This document shows, piece after piece, positions 30,858 through 44,337 of a stretch of 64,000 nt of DNA. Numbering within the stretch: the first letter of the stretch is position 1; each line of letters begins with the position of its first letter. Position numbers and translations under genes: made by a program. The notes beneath the pieces were generated by a model that was not told where the DNA came from, did not search any database, and saw nothing but the letters and a program-made list of their open reading frames with translations. Source of the stretch: Eledone cirrhosa (Eukaryota); contig OZ024740.1 of the NCBI GenBank assembly GCA_964016885.1, positions 260,586,001-260,650,000 on the forward strand, given 5' to 3'.

Positions 30858-31371
30858 ATATATCTATACAAAGAGAAAGAAAGAAAGAAAGAGAGGGGGG
30901 GGGGAGATTATAGTAGTAATCGGTTTTCGTTAGTTGAATTTGAAACCGAAGACTGTCAACTTGCAGTGGTTTTTGACTCAACAAATGAATCTCGCTTACA
31001 ATATTTCCGTGGTGATCAACCGTCGTTGCAATGAAGGTAATTCCTGGACTCATGGAAAATATTAATAACGTTGTTGTTATTACCAATGATAGTGATAGAG
31101 TTGTGATAACTGGCATTGCCTGGCTACTCCTCTCTATACATTCACAACTCAATATGTTTTGATACAGTTATAATTTTATACAACCCAGATTTCTCCGAAA
31201 AAACCCACATCGGATTAGAGATTCTAGATATGCTCACCTACATATCAACGAAACACGTGTCAGTTACGTACTAAATCTTAAACCTCAACTGCGAAATTGG
31301 TGTATTCATGTGATTTATTATATATATATATATATATATATTAAAAAGAGTCGGGGCCCAGCATGCCTGTG

Positions 31372-31483
31372 GTGAACTTATATATATATTTGTATATTTA
31401 TTATCACACGTGACATGTGTGTGAAGATGTAAAACACATACTCACCCCTTCTGCCTTTTTCTCTATATTCCTATCTTTCTATT

Positions 31484-31579
<96 letters not shown>

Positions 31580-31652
31580 CAGAAGGGGTGAGTATGTGTT
31601 TTACGTCCATTATACACATGTCACGTGTGATAATAAATATACGTAAGTTCAC
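31372..31652. repeat. Palindrome centred on (TC)n(TA)n(GA)n
   Basis: 31392-31460 is inverted relative to 31573-31642, and the central microsatellites are themselves self-complementary. Confidence 0.9.
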
Positions 31653-32115
31653 GGGCGGGTTGTTGTTATTACTATTGTTTAACCCTAGGTCAACCATGTT
31701 CACGTAGATATATTGCATATAAATACATGTATTTGTTGTGGTTATAGTTGTTGTTGTTACTTTTGTGGTTATTGTGGTCGTTGTTGTGGATGTTTTTGTT
31801 GTTGCTGTTGTTTTCGTGGTTGTCATAGTTGCTATCATCGTTGTTGTTGTTGCTGTCGTGGTTGTTGTAGTTGTTGCTGTTGTAATAGTTATCGCTGTTT
31901 TTATAATTATACTTGTTGTTCTTGCTGTAGTAGTTGTTGTGGTTGTTGTGGTTGTTGTTGTTGTTTAGCCTCAAGTTAACTTTGTTTCAAGGCAATCAAG
32001 CCATGATCACCCCATCCTTTTTGAACCTCAGCAATAGTGTAACCCAGGACTTTGAAATTCCGACTGAAATATTTGGCCAGACATTGTTATAAGTCCAACC
32101 CATGCCAGCGAGGAA

Positions 32116-32307
32116 AGGGTCGGCTGCAAAGTTCATAGGCTGACCAAGATACTCATGGAATGACCAAATGAAGTTTATTTTTCAACATAGTTCCTGGAAG
32201 GAGACAATACAGTTATTAATAAGAAGAGTAGAAATTAATACATGCAAGATTTCACAGCTCTAGCATCCCTACTTCATAATCAGCCTATGAACTTTTCAGC
32301 GGGCCCT
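32116..32307. mobile_element. Mariner-like MITE
   Basis: TIRs AGGGTCGGCTGCAAAGTTCATAGGCTGA / TCAGCCTATGAACTTTTCAGCGGGCCCT. Confidence 0.75.
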
Positions 32308-33354
32308 CAAAAGTGATGATAACGTAGCTGTTGTTCGGAGACAGCTGCATGGTTACTGTTGAATGTTATTTACTTAGAATTAAGAATCGTTGGAGCTTTG
32401 GAGCATTGGACAAAATACATTGTGACATCATCCCCTTGAAGCGGCACCGTATTGATGCGACACACCCCAAAATATTGCCTCCAGTAGCTTTAAAATATTG
32501 ACTGTTAGTAGCTCTGAAATGGTGGAGCATACATCAAAATATTGCTGCTGAGCACTTTTGAAATATTTTCGCTCAGTAGCTTTGAATATAAAATATTTAT
32601 TCTCAAAGTATCAAGCGTTCCGTTCAGTGAAGAAGATTAAAAGAAATGTTGCTTTGTGGTGTTTGTTCTGGCCTTTTACGTTCTGATTTCAAATCCTGTT
32701 TGGGTCCAACTTGCTTTTCATCCTTCCGAGTTCGATAAAATAAGTACCAGGTTTAATCGACGTTTTTCACTTCTCAAATTGCTGACCTTGTGCATAAATT
32801 ACAAAGCATTAATTACTTAATACTAAACTACTAACATTTAAATGCTTGTATAACTTGCGAGGCCATTGTCAGAATCGATAGAACGTCAGACTACATGCTT
32901 TAGAGCATATAGTTACGGCCCTTTACGTTCTGAGCTCAAATCCCGCCGAGGTTGGCTTTGCCTTTCATCTTTACGGGGTCGATAAAATGAAGTACCAGTA
33001 ATGCAATGGGTCGATATAATGGACTTCACCCTCTCGTTCAATTTGCTGGCTTTGCGTCAAAAGTAAAGATTTTATTTCCACCATTTGGCCGACACACAAT
33101 CAATCATGTGTTGCCATCAGTTGTGGCGGCGTTGTTGTTCTTCTTGTTTTTCTAGCTGGTGGTGATGGTGGTGGAAACGGTGATAATGGTGTGTGTAGTG
33201 GTATTCGAAGGGTTGTAGTGGTTGTGATGGGGTAGTGATTGTTTTTTGTGGTGGTGGTGGTAATGGTTATGATGGTGATTATAGTGGTGGCGCTGGAGAA
33301 GTACAGAGAGAAAGAGAGTGTGTGTGAAGGAGTTTCTGGTGTCGTATTCACACC

Positions 33355-33675
33355 AAAACCCAAAACTGCTACTCCATCGTTTACAAAGATGAGTGTTCCA
33401 GTTGATTCGATCAACGGAACAGCTTGCTCAGGAGATTAACGTGCAAGTGGCTGAGTATTCCACTGGCAGGTGTACCCGTAATGTAATTTTCAGGGAAATT
33501 CAGCGTGACACGAAATATGACTTGGCTGGCCTTTCGAATTACAGGTACTACTCTGAGTGGACTGGATCAACATGAAATAAAGTGTCTTGCTCAAGGACAC
33601 AACGCATGGCCGAGGATCGAGCTCGCTACCATACGGTCGTGAGTCGAATACCTTAACAACTAAGCCATACGTTTC
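33355..33675 (-). mobile_element. tRNA-derived SINE family C (long central domain)
   Basis: The minus strand reads TGGCTTAGTTG (box A), AGCTCGATCC (box B) and TGTGTCCTTGAGCAAGACACTT, followed by a long central body. Confidence 0.8.
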
Positions 33676-34065
33676 CACACACCCCTACAAATGTTACCAA
33701 CAATAAGCAGTTTGTGGTGACATAAACATACACATATGCAAATGATAATATCATTGTTTTCGCATCATTGGAAATATTTGCTAACACCCAATACACAATA
33801 GTTTGGAGGTTCGTTGGACTTTTGACATTAGAGCTCGAAGTAAGAAAACGAAAATATTGCATCTGATTCACCGATTTATTGCCTATATATATAAGAAATG
33901 TAAATCAGAGTTTTTCAAATATTAATAATAATATTCGATTCGTTTGCAATTATGCAAACAGCTTCTTCAGCAATGTGACTAGAATAACCTCGTCATTCTT
34001 GCTCTTGTGTTGGCATGCAGGAGAAACTTCAGAGTAACAAGACTCACTTTTTAGACTTGATAATA

Positions 34066-34258
34066 TTGGTTTCTTATATAGGCACAAGGCCAGCAATTTT
34101 GAGGGAGGGGAAAGACGATTAAATCGACCCCAGTGCGTGACTGGTACTTTATTTTATCGACCCCGTAAGGATTTGAACTCAGATCATAAAGGGCCGTAAC
34201 TCTATGCTTCAAAGCATGGTGTCCGAGCCTCTACCGAGACTGCCAATCCATCGCCCTC
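34066..34258 (-). mobile_element. SINE family A variant with ~21 bp TSD
   Basis: TTTTAGACTT(G/C)ATAATATTGG on both sides. Confidence 0.85.
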
Positions 34259-34424
34259 TTTTAGACTTCATAATATTGGATATATATATATATTTAAGAA
34301 TATTTATTTGTTTCCTTTACCGGTTTCACAGTTCTTATGCTTTTCAAAAGTAGAATTGAGATGGAGGGTTTGTGGTTTTTCTCGCATCTGGTTGGTGTTC
34401 AAATGTTACTTCTGTTTTTTGTGG

Positions 34425-34810
34425 AAAAAAGTGGCTCGAATTGCTAGGTTTTTTAGAAAAATAATTTGGTTGGTTGATGACTGTCACGTGAATAAGTATA
34501 ATAAATTTCGCGCCAGTTCGCGTTACAAAGTTCTTATTGTATTTGCCCTTTAAAAAAGTGGCTCAAATTATTGTTTTTTCATATATAAGTGAAATTTGGT
34601 TGATGACTGTCACGTGAATAGTACATCAACTTAAGCGCCAGTTCGCGTATGAGGGCTCTTTATTGTCATTTTTACTTTTAAAAAAGTGACTTAAATTGTT
34701 TTTTTATAAATGTAATTTGGTTGGCTATGATTGTCACGTGAATTAGTACATTAAATTTCGCGTCAGTTCGTATTTGGGGGTTCTTTGTAGTTATTTTCAC
34801 AGTCACATGA
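34425..34810 (+). repeat. Three ~125 bp tandem units carrying TCACGTGA and E2F-like motifs
   Basis: GTCACGTGAAT at 34483, 34609 and 34733. TTTCGCGCCA at 34506 and TTTCGCGTCA at 34756. Confidence 0.85.
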
Positions 34811-34940
34811 TTTTTCATACAGAGTTTTGTGCCGAACAAAAGATAATGGTCCAGAAATGGGATGGGGAGAAATCGTTCTGGTTCAGTGAGTATGACTGAT
34901 GTGCTGAGGTGTCAAAATTCAGACTTTCTATTGTAATAAT

Positions 34941-35122
34941 TCTTTCTACTTTTGGCACAAGGCCAGCAATTATTCCAGTACATTACTGGTACTTTATTTT
35001 ATCGACCCCGTAAGGATGAAAGGCAACATTAACCTCGGCGGGATTTGAACTCAGACCATAAAGGGCCGTAACTCTATACGGCATAGCATGGTGTCCGACC
35101 CTCTACCGATACTGCCAATCCA
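34941..35122 (-). mobile_element. SINE family A, followed by older copies (~35131-35345, ~35495-35643)
   Basis: Family A sequence with TSD TGTAATAAT. Confidence 0.88.
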
Positions 35123-35684
35123 TGTAATAATGGTTTCTAATTTAGGCACAAGATCAGTAATCTTGGGTGAGAGAGGGGAAGTCAATTATTTGAACACCGG
35201 TACTTGACTGGTACTTTAGTTTATCGACCTCGGAAAGATGAAAGTCAAAGTTGACCTGGGCGGGATTTGAACTCAAAACTTAAAAAGCCAGCACAAATAC
35301 TGCTAAGAATTTGACCGACACTCTAACGACTCTGGCAATTCATGGTCCCGTAACTCTTGGGAGAGTGGTAGGGACGCCGTATTAACATATTTAAAAACCT
35401 GGCGGAGTTCATCTCCTCTCCAGGTATGAACACAGCAAATTTCTTCCAGAGTAGGATAAAGAGGGAGATGAAGTGGAAAAGATATATAGGAGAAGAGTCA
35501 ACCCCAGTACTGAACTGGTACTTTTTTTATCGACCTCGAGTTGATAAAAAGCAAAGTTGACTTCGGCAAGATTTGAACTCAGAGAACAGAGAGGCGCAAC
35601 GTATTCTATCCGACGTTCCTACGACCCTGCTAATTCGCCGCCTTTCACTGTCCTTAAAACATCTATCTATCTATCTATCTATCT

Positions 35685-36062
35685 ATTCTTTTTTTCAAAT
35701 ACCACTTTGGAAGAAGAATCAGGATGGAGAGAGAGGTGCTGTACCCCAGCAAGTTTTATGAAAGGTGGGTGAAAGTGGCGAGAATGGCCCGAGTGAATGG
35801 GCCTTCTCTCTATATCAGCCTGTAGGTTGAGGAAAAGGATGGGGAGAGGAAAGGAGTACAAACTCTTCGTACTCCTGGAGATGAGGGTTGCACATTTTTT
35901 CGAGGGTATGTGTTACCCATATAAACTGTCTCCCCCTATTGGGGAAAATCGACTAACTTTTTAAATTGCATTTGTGATAACATTTTACACGTTTTTATTG
36001 TATGTAAACTTCCCCCTTTGTATTTGTCCCCTTCTTTTGTGCCCCTGTGGCTAATAAAGAAA
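35685..36062 (+). mobile_element. 5'-truncated Tx1/L1-clade LINE, copy A
   Basis: Near-identical to 36241-36617. Ends AATAAAGAAA and is preceded and followed by (TATC)n. Confidence 0.75.
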
Positions 36063-36080
36063 CATATCTATCTATCTATC

Positions 36081-36617
36081 TTTGACCACCGAGTCCATTG
36101 TCATGATCAAACCGCCACCCTCCTTCAAAAACGAAGGAGAGGCGGTTTTCCTTTGTGTGATAGCTATGGCGAAAGAGGTTGTATGGTGGACAAGGTTGAA
36201 AGGGCTGAGGTCAGACACCTTTCTCTCCGGCCAACAACTGATTCTTTTTTTCAAATACCACTTTGGAAGAAGAATCAGGATGGAGAGAGAGGTGCTGTAC
36301 CGCAGCAAGTTTTATGAAAGGTGGGTGAAAGTGGCGAGAATGGCCCGAGTGAATGGGCCTTCTCTCTATATCAGCCTGTAGATTGAGGAAAAGGAGGAGG
36401 AGAGGAAAGGAGTACAAGCTCTTCGTACTCCTGGAGATGAGGGTTGCACATTTTTTCGGGGGTATGTGTTACCCATATAAACTGTCTCCCTCTATTGGGG
36501 AAAATCGACTAACTTTTAAATTCCATCTGTGATAACATTTTACACGTTTTTATTGTATGTAAACTTCCCCCTTTGTATTTGTCCCCTTCTTTTGTGCCCC
36601 TGTGGCTAATAAAGAAA
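36081..36617 (+). mobile_element. 5'-truncated Tx1/L1-clade LINE, copy B
   Basis: ORF 36082..36381 VFLCVIAMAKEVVWWTRLKG...FFKYH...ER...FYERWV resembles the Tx1 ORF2 C-terminus. The 3' UTR has a polyA signal. Confidence 0.75.
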
Positions 36618-36647
36618 TATATCTATTAGTTATGATTTCCTAATCGC

Positions 36648-37193
36648 TTCAAACGGCAAAACCTAAAAAGAGACATTCAAAGTTCCTAAAAAAACAATAA
36701 TTGGAAAAATCCAATAATTTCCCCGAAAAAAGATTTTCTTTTCATGATACAGGTAACCCGTCGAACGCGTGGTGTTGTTTCTTCGACGACCGGTCTAAGT
36801 ATACAGGAGAAATTATTGGAAATTATTGGATTTTTCAAAATTTAAAGGGTTTTTTTTGGAATTTTCAATGTCTTTTTTTTTTAGGTTTTGCCATCTGAAG
36901 AGTTCAGACTATCATAACTGATAGTCCTCAGTAAAATATGTATAATTGTTTCTACTTTTGGCACAAAGCCAGCAATTATCCCAGTGTATTACTGGTACTT
37001 TATTTTATCGACCCCGTAAGGATGAAAGGCAAAGTTAACCTCGGTGGGATTTTAACTCAGACCATAAAGGGCCATAACTCTTTGTTGCAAAGCATGGCGT
37101 CCGACCCTCTACCGATACTGCTAATCCACTGTATAATGGAGTTTTAAATGCTTCACAACCGACAGACCATATTGTGGTCCGGTTAACCCATAG
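36648..37193 (+). mobile_element. Palindromic non-autonomous element, related copy at ~45547-45872
   Basis: Internal fold-back at 36648-36900. The downstream segment CTATCATAAYTGATAGTC..GTATAAYGGAGTTTTAAAT..GACCAYATTGTGGTCCG is shared with the second copy. Confidence 0.7.
36947..37129 (-). mobile_element. SINE family A with TSD TGTATAAT
   Basis: TSD visible. The empty paralogous site is at ~45706. Confidence 0.9.
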
Positions 37194-37391
<198 letters not shown>

Positions 37392-37432
37392 CATGCAAAT
37401 GAGGTTACTCAGCCGATGTGTACTAAAGAAGA

Positions 37433-37469
<37 letters not shown>

Positions 37470-37471
37470 GC

Positions 37472-37519
<48 letters not shown>

Positions 37520-39811
37520 GCCCGTTCATTTGAAGCCAAAAAAGTCTCTGTACGTCTTAACCGTCGACAGATCTGATTGAAATAATGGAGAATGTCATAA
37601 TCAAGTAGTACAGTCATTCCATACAAGATGGCGTCTCCTCGCTGTAAAGTCGTTCTATACAAGATGGCGTTCAACCAATAAAACAACACGAAATATAATG
37701 TAATTTATTATAAGAAAAGCCAACAACTTTGTTTTTTATTGTATTACCCTTTTTTTTATAATCTAATCTAATCTCTTTTAGTCTCTCCCCCTCTCTCTTT
37801 ATATATACATCTTTGTCTCTCTCTCTTCCTCCCACTTTTCTCTATCTGTCTCCGCATCTTCGCTCTCTCTCTCCATCTCTCTCTCTCTCTGTGTCCCCCC
37901 CTCACTCTCTCTCTCTCTCTCTTTCTCTATGTCTCGCCATTTCTTTCTGTCATCCACTTTCCTCTCCCTTCTGGGTGAGGAGTAGGAAGGACATTGACGT
38001 TGTTTTACTGACAATAATTACATCACAAACCTCCATATACATCATGGCTATAAAGATGACAGTTGAGACTGTCCACTCTATGCACTCGTGACCAATAGAA
38101 ACATAAAATACCAAAATATCTCCCACAAAATCAGATATTTTCCTTTGTTTGTTTTTTCTAAATTCCTTTTTTATGAGGGATTCATTTGTTTATTGTGTGG
38201 CATGGTTGTAGGCAAGCATGGTTGAATGGGTAAGAAGTTCGCTCTGTAATCGTAAACTCGCATGGAATCTTGGCCATGTGTCATTTAGCATAGCCTCACA
38301 CAAAGGACTGTTAGCCTAAAGTCTGTCTCGAGTCCGGGGGCCCATAAGGCTGGTGCTTATCCCGGTTTCCGTGGTGTGAAACGACAAGGCATACAAGATC
38401 CCCTCCCCTGGACAGGACGCTAGTTGATCACTGTCTCGCGCCAGGAGCTCACCAGACCGATATTTATCGCATGTGGCGTGAAGCGACCGAGAATACAAGA
38501 CTCCCCCACTATCCTTGACAGAACGCTAGTCCATCGCAGTCGTACTCATTTTCAGCTGAGTATACTAGAGCAACATAAAATGAAGTGTTGCTCAAGAACA
38601 CAACACACATCCCAGTCCAGGAATGAACCCACGACATTGTGGTCATAAGTCCAACTCACTTGCCACAAGGCCACGTTCATGTAAGGGTGTAATAACAACA
38701 AAAATAACTTCAGCTGAACGCGACATATTGTTACAGCCAGTTTGTTTATAAACTCTCGGCGCCACAATAAGTTAAACACAGTAACAGATGTTGACACATT
38801 GTAATGTCATAACGTTGATGTTTTAGTTACACTTTGTAGCTATATCGATATTCTAATGTTTTGTTTCCTTCCTTTCATGGAGTTGTTAAAATATTCATAC
38901 ATATACATACACCCCTTTCACCGTTAATAAATAGATTGTTCATTGAGTTAAAATACAAGCAAAAGATCTATCTATCTATCTATCTAGCTGCCCGTCTCTC
39001 AGTCCATCCATTTGTGACTGAGTCCTCCCGTCCATCTTTAACGCTACTAGTGTCATGACGTAGCCATTGCTGTGGGGTTAAGAAGTTCGCTTCGCCACCA
39101 CATGGTTTACTCTCACTGAGTGTTACCTTCGGCAAGTGTTTTCACAATCGTCTAATTCCCTTCAGGTCGGTGCCACAGCATGGCCGTAGTTTCACGACTG
39201 AAACCTGTAAACAATAAAATGATATATGTAGGCGATGTTAAGGGTCTATAGTTTATTTAGGTGTTTCGGGTTTCGGGTTCACTCCCGCTGCATGGCTCCT
39301 TGGGCAAGTGTCTTCTAATATAAGCTTTGAATTGATCAATGTCTTCTTTGTAAAATTTGGAAACTTTACGGAAGGCGACTGTATATATGTGTGTCGTGTG
39401 TTTATGTCCTGTAACGTAGTAATTCGACAAATAGAGATTGATAGAACAAGCACAAGCCCTGGGATCGATATGATTGACTAAAACCTAAAGGTCTAAGACT
39501 TTCTCATCTATATTAGTTTTTACATTTAGTGAAAAAGGAGGCACGAACCAGATTATTTTTCTTTCTCTATTGTGGTTCTCTAGGTGGGTGGTTATTTAGA
39601 ATGTATTTGATCTGTCCTGTAAATCCACCATATTAGAAGGCCTGCTTTTTCAAATATCTCTCTGCTGGATGATAAGTTCGAGATTCTACGGCTAACGTTG
39701 GGTACTAGATTTTAAAAAAGGAAAAGAATAATTTCACTTGTAGTTCTAAACAATTTAATTTTATATTATAATTTTACAAGTTTGTTTAAACCAAAATTGG
39801 AAATTTATAAT

Positions 39812-39990
39812 TGTTTCTACTTTTGGCACAAGGCCAGCTATTACCCAGTACATTACTGGTACTTTATTTTATCGACCCCGAAAGGATGAAAGGCAAAGTT
39901 AACCTCGGCGGGATCTGAACTCAGTCCGTAAAGGGACGTTACTATGCTGGAAAGCATGGCGTCCGACGCTCTACCGATACTGCCAATCCA
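39812..39990 (-). mobile_element. SINE family A with TSD AAATTTATAAT
   Basis: Full-length family A sequence with TSD. Confidence 0.9.
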
Positions 39991-40061
39991 AAATTTATAA
40001 TATTATGAAATTGAATTGTTTAGAACTACAAGTGAAATTATTCTTCAAATATGTGTGTGTG

Positions 40062-40311
<250 letters not shown>

Positions 40312-42520
40312 CAAGTAGGACCCCGACGGTTGAGCTCAAGCCGTTTCGACGGCTAATTCTAGACTAGTCCGTCAAATGGCAAAGGAGCTCTTAAGAGTCA
40401 ATGGCCATCCAAAATCACCGGGAGAGATGACCCCTTAACCTTTGTCAAGGCAGAATTCTAGAAGGAAAACTCTGATATAACACCTGCAACCCTGATGGTA
40501 TCCAATGATGTTGACTTGTTCTTCTTTTTGGTACATATCATCTTGGTTAAGAGAGTGGGACTGGCTTTGTGCAGTGCCTTTGCTCACTATAAAAGCTTCA
40601 CGGCACAGGCATTACTTTATATCTGGAGATCTCTCTGCACTTGTCGTCAGATGGTACCATGGGCCCAGCACTATGTGTCAATAATTGTCAAAAGTGTAGT
40701 GTTTGTACCAGAGTTTTCAAATCGCGGGCTGGACTAAAAAGTCACACTCGTTCAGCGCATCGGTAGGGGTTCTCCTACATGGATATAAAGTAGTGGCCGT
40801 ACTCGAAAACGAGTTGGCAGCCACCATGTATATATATATGTATGTATGTATGTATAAATGTAGATCCAGTGTCGTGTTACATCCTCCTTCCTAAGGAAAA
40901 TGACTCGTGTAATCAAGATAGTAATATATCTTTCTACAGTAATTCCAGCCAACCGCTGTCATCCTACAGCGATTAATGAGACAGGCTTACTTTTTTTTAC
41001 ATATTATGTATGTACCGTAACTCCTGGTGGAGTCGTAGGTAAGCCGTAGTGATATACGGCGTTTCTTGGGATTTTTTCTTCATGTCTGAATACACGAGAT
41101 TTCTTCTGGAGAAGGGGGAGAGTGAGAGAGAGGATGTGAGAAAGAGATATAATGGATGAATCGGCACTAGTACTGGACTGGTACTTTATTTGTCGACCTA
41201 GAAAGGACGAAAAGCAAAGTTGACCTCGGCCGGATTTGATCTCAGATAACAGAGAGCCGGAACGAAAACCGCAAAGCTTTCTGTTCCACATTCTAACGAC
41301 TCTACCAATTTGCTGTCTATGCTTTAATCCAAAATCATCTAATTTAGGGTGCAGGACATAGATGGTTGGGTGGGTAGGTGTTTGCTTTGCAAACACACTG
41401 CTCCGAGTTCGATTCCTCTGTGTGATGCCTTGAGTTATTGTATTCTATTATACTTAAGGCGCCGAATTGGCAGGGTCGTTAGAACGCCAGATAGAATGCT
41501 TTGCGTTATTCGTTCTGAGCTCAAATCTCGTAGAGGTCAACTTTCATCCATTCGAGATCGATAAAATAAGTGCAAGTATTGGGCTGGCGTCGATTCTTCC
41601 TCTTTATATCTCTATCTCACTTCCATTCTTTCACTTTCTATCCTTCTCTGGAAGAAATCTACTCTAATCAGACCTGGAGAGGAAATGAGCTCCACCAGGT
41701 TTAAAAATGCCCTAGAAATGTTGTATATCAATATGGCGCCCCTATGACTCCATCGGGTGTTACGGGACCACACATCCATTATACTTAACGTCTTTAGTTG
41801 ATGTATTTTATTATAGTTAACCTTTTCGTGACCATATTTCTAATTTCTTACAAAAATTATGATAGAAGGTTTTTAGATAAATATAAACACTTCAACTCCC
41901 TTTCGTGACCATAATTCTAATGAAACATACAATATTTCAATTAACAAATCAAGAATTTTGTGGGATTTACTGAAATTATTTATAATCTCATTATATCAAG
42001 CCAGTAACTTAACACATGGTTCTTCTATAAAATGATGTTGGAAAGGTTTAATTTAAACAAGAACCCTTTAAAATTGGTGTTAACAATGGCTGGAATCGAT
42101 AGGAAATTGTGGAGGTCAGCGTCGGAAATAATTAACAGGAAGACGATTTCGTAGGATTCTAACTTAATAGTTAGTGACTGTCTAACTTAATAGTGTCTAT
42201 CTGTCTAACTTAATCACTCTCTGTTTTCGGCTCTATAGAACCAAACAAAATACCCCCATTCATTCTTCTGTATATATATTCATGTACTGTATAGTTTTCA
42301 GTGATTGGACTGTAGCCAACGGATTTGTAATCGATCATATCGATGCCAGTACTTTGTCTGGTGCTTATCAGATCGATCCTGTTAACGAAAAAAGGTAACG
42401 CCGCCTTGATGTAAAGAGAAATGACACGCGCAAAATGGTTCGCCGCACCGATTTCCTTCAATGCTGATACACAAACACATATCGCATATATATGTGCAAG
42501 TGTGAACGTGCGCACGTATT

Positions 42521-42577
<57 letters not shown>

Positions 42578-42590
42578 ATGTATGTATGTA

Positions 42591-42638
<48 letters not shown>

Positions 42639-42802
42639 AAAAGAGATCGATATAATCTATGATCGCTCAATGAGAGAATTCAAGCTGACCTCAGAGTGGT
42701 TGCACACTCTCAATATCATAGAAACCCACATCTCTAATATTTTGCTGCGAACATTATAACGAGGTTTAAAAAAGCACAGAGGCAGAATAAGTCTTATAGC
42801 CA

Positions 42803-42868
<66 letters not shown>

Positions 42869-42959
42869 GTAGTTCCACAACAGTTAGTTCACCATACCGA
42901 GAACAAATTTTTCACCTTATGCGGATCTTTCGGTCCGAGCTGGAGATCCAGTGTTCTTT

Positions 42960-43022
<63 letters not shown>

Positions 43023-43490
43023 AATATATATATATAAAATACAATATGTTGAAAAGGTAACACACCAGAGAGAGATATACAGTGCGCTATCAATATAACA
43101 GGGAAAAAAACCACCAGTGTATGGAATCTATAACCTATGAAAGGCAGACTATAGACACGATAATTAAAAATATAAATTAAAGCGTAAATAAATACCTCTA
43201 TAACTATACAAACGTACAAATCCAAAGAGATGTTTCGCCAGTAATTTGTTAACAGAAATGGAATAACCTCGGTTCATCAGCGTGTGTAAGGCTATACATT
43301 TCAGACAACACTAAAAGAATTTTAAAAGTGGCTGTCCAGCTACACGTGGGAGAGAGAAGTCACAGAGTGTTTAAGGGCAGTGAACCAGTGGCCTCTGAGG
43401 GACGAGCTGCTAGAAAGGGCAGCCCAAAACCACTCAGAGAAGTGTGCTCAACCAAACAGAGAGATGGGAAAGACTGTTATAAGGAGCGAA

Positions 43491-43609
43491 ATATCACGAT
43501 AAATTAACGGAGCCATAGGCCCTCGCCATTCCCTGGAACTAAGGATTTCTTCTCCTTTGAGCACATTATTTACAGGGAATGGCGAGGGCCTATGGCTCCG
43601 TTAATTTAT

Positions 43610-43617
<8 letters not shown>
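43491..43617. repeat. Perfect 45 bp inverted repeat ending in (TA)n
   Basis: 43491-43535 is the reverse complement of 43573-43617. Confidence 0.92.
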
Positions 43618-43668
<51 letters not shown>

Positions 43669-43712
43669 TGAAAAAGAACAAAGGAACTATTATGACATTA
43701 TAACAAGTTTAT

Positions 43713-43759
43713 TGCCGACAGCCGTTTCGTCCGACCACATGGTGCGACTTTTCAAGGCA
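43713..43759 (-). ncRNA. Type I hammerhead ribozyme, U3-A8 core variant
   Basis: TGCC-TTGAAAA-GTC gc ACCA tg TGGT cg GAC-GAAA CGGCTG TC-GGCA, with a GUC triplet. Confidence 0.75.
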
Positions 43760-44112
43760 TATAACATGTGATTGTAAGATCATTATTTACATCAACGTAT
43801 CACTCAAGGCTAGCAGTTTGAAATTGCGGTATACATCAGCAACTCCGCTTGTATAGTTGGGGTCTATATTCTAAGGGGGCTCTTTTATATTAGTTGTCGG
43901 GGTCAGGGATTGAAGTTTAAAAATTAGATAATATATAATTTACGCATTAACAGTAAACTAAAAGACTTGGGGTCCCGTAGAGCCACCTTAGAAAATCCCT
44001 CAATAAGTGCATAAAGCTTACAGGCTCCAATAAACCTACTAGACTAGAAGAAATTAAGAGGCTAATAAAAATATAAAGTTCGCGATTCACATACGACCTA
44101 CCATACATCTTA

Positions 44113-44150
<38 letters not shown>

Positions 44151-44151
<1 letters not shown>

Positions 44152-44315
44152 GTTTCTACTTTAGGTACAAGGCCAGCAATTACCCAGTGCATTACTGGTA
44201 CTTTATTTTATCGACCCCGTAAGGATGAAAGGCAAAGTCAACCTCGGAGGGATTTGAACTCAGATCGTAAAGGGACGTAACTATGCTGGAAAGCATGGCG
44301 TCCGACCCTCTACTG
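44151..44315 (-). mobile_element. SINE family A
   Basis: Family A sequence, head slightly truncated. Confidence 0.88.
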
Positions 44316-44337
44316 AATAAACAACATAAGATAATTA

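Noticed and set aside
33937-33972. CTGAAGA..GTTTGCA/TGCAAAC..GAAT on the minus strand
   Set aside because: There are four extra nucleotides after the core, GAAU instead of GAAA, and no stem I.
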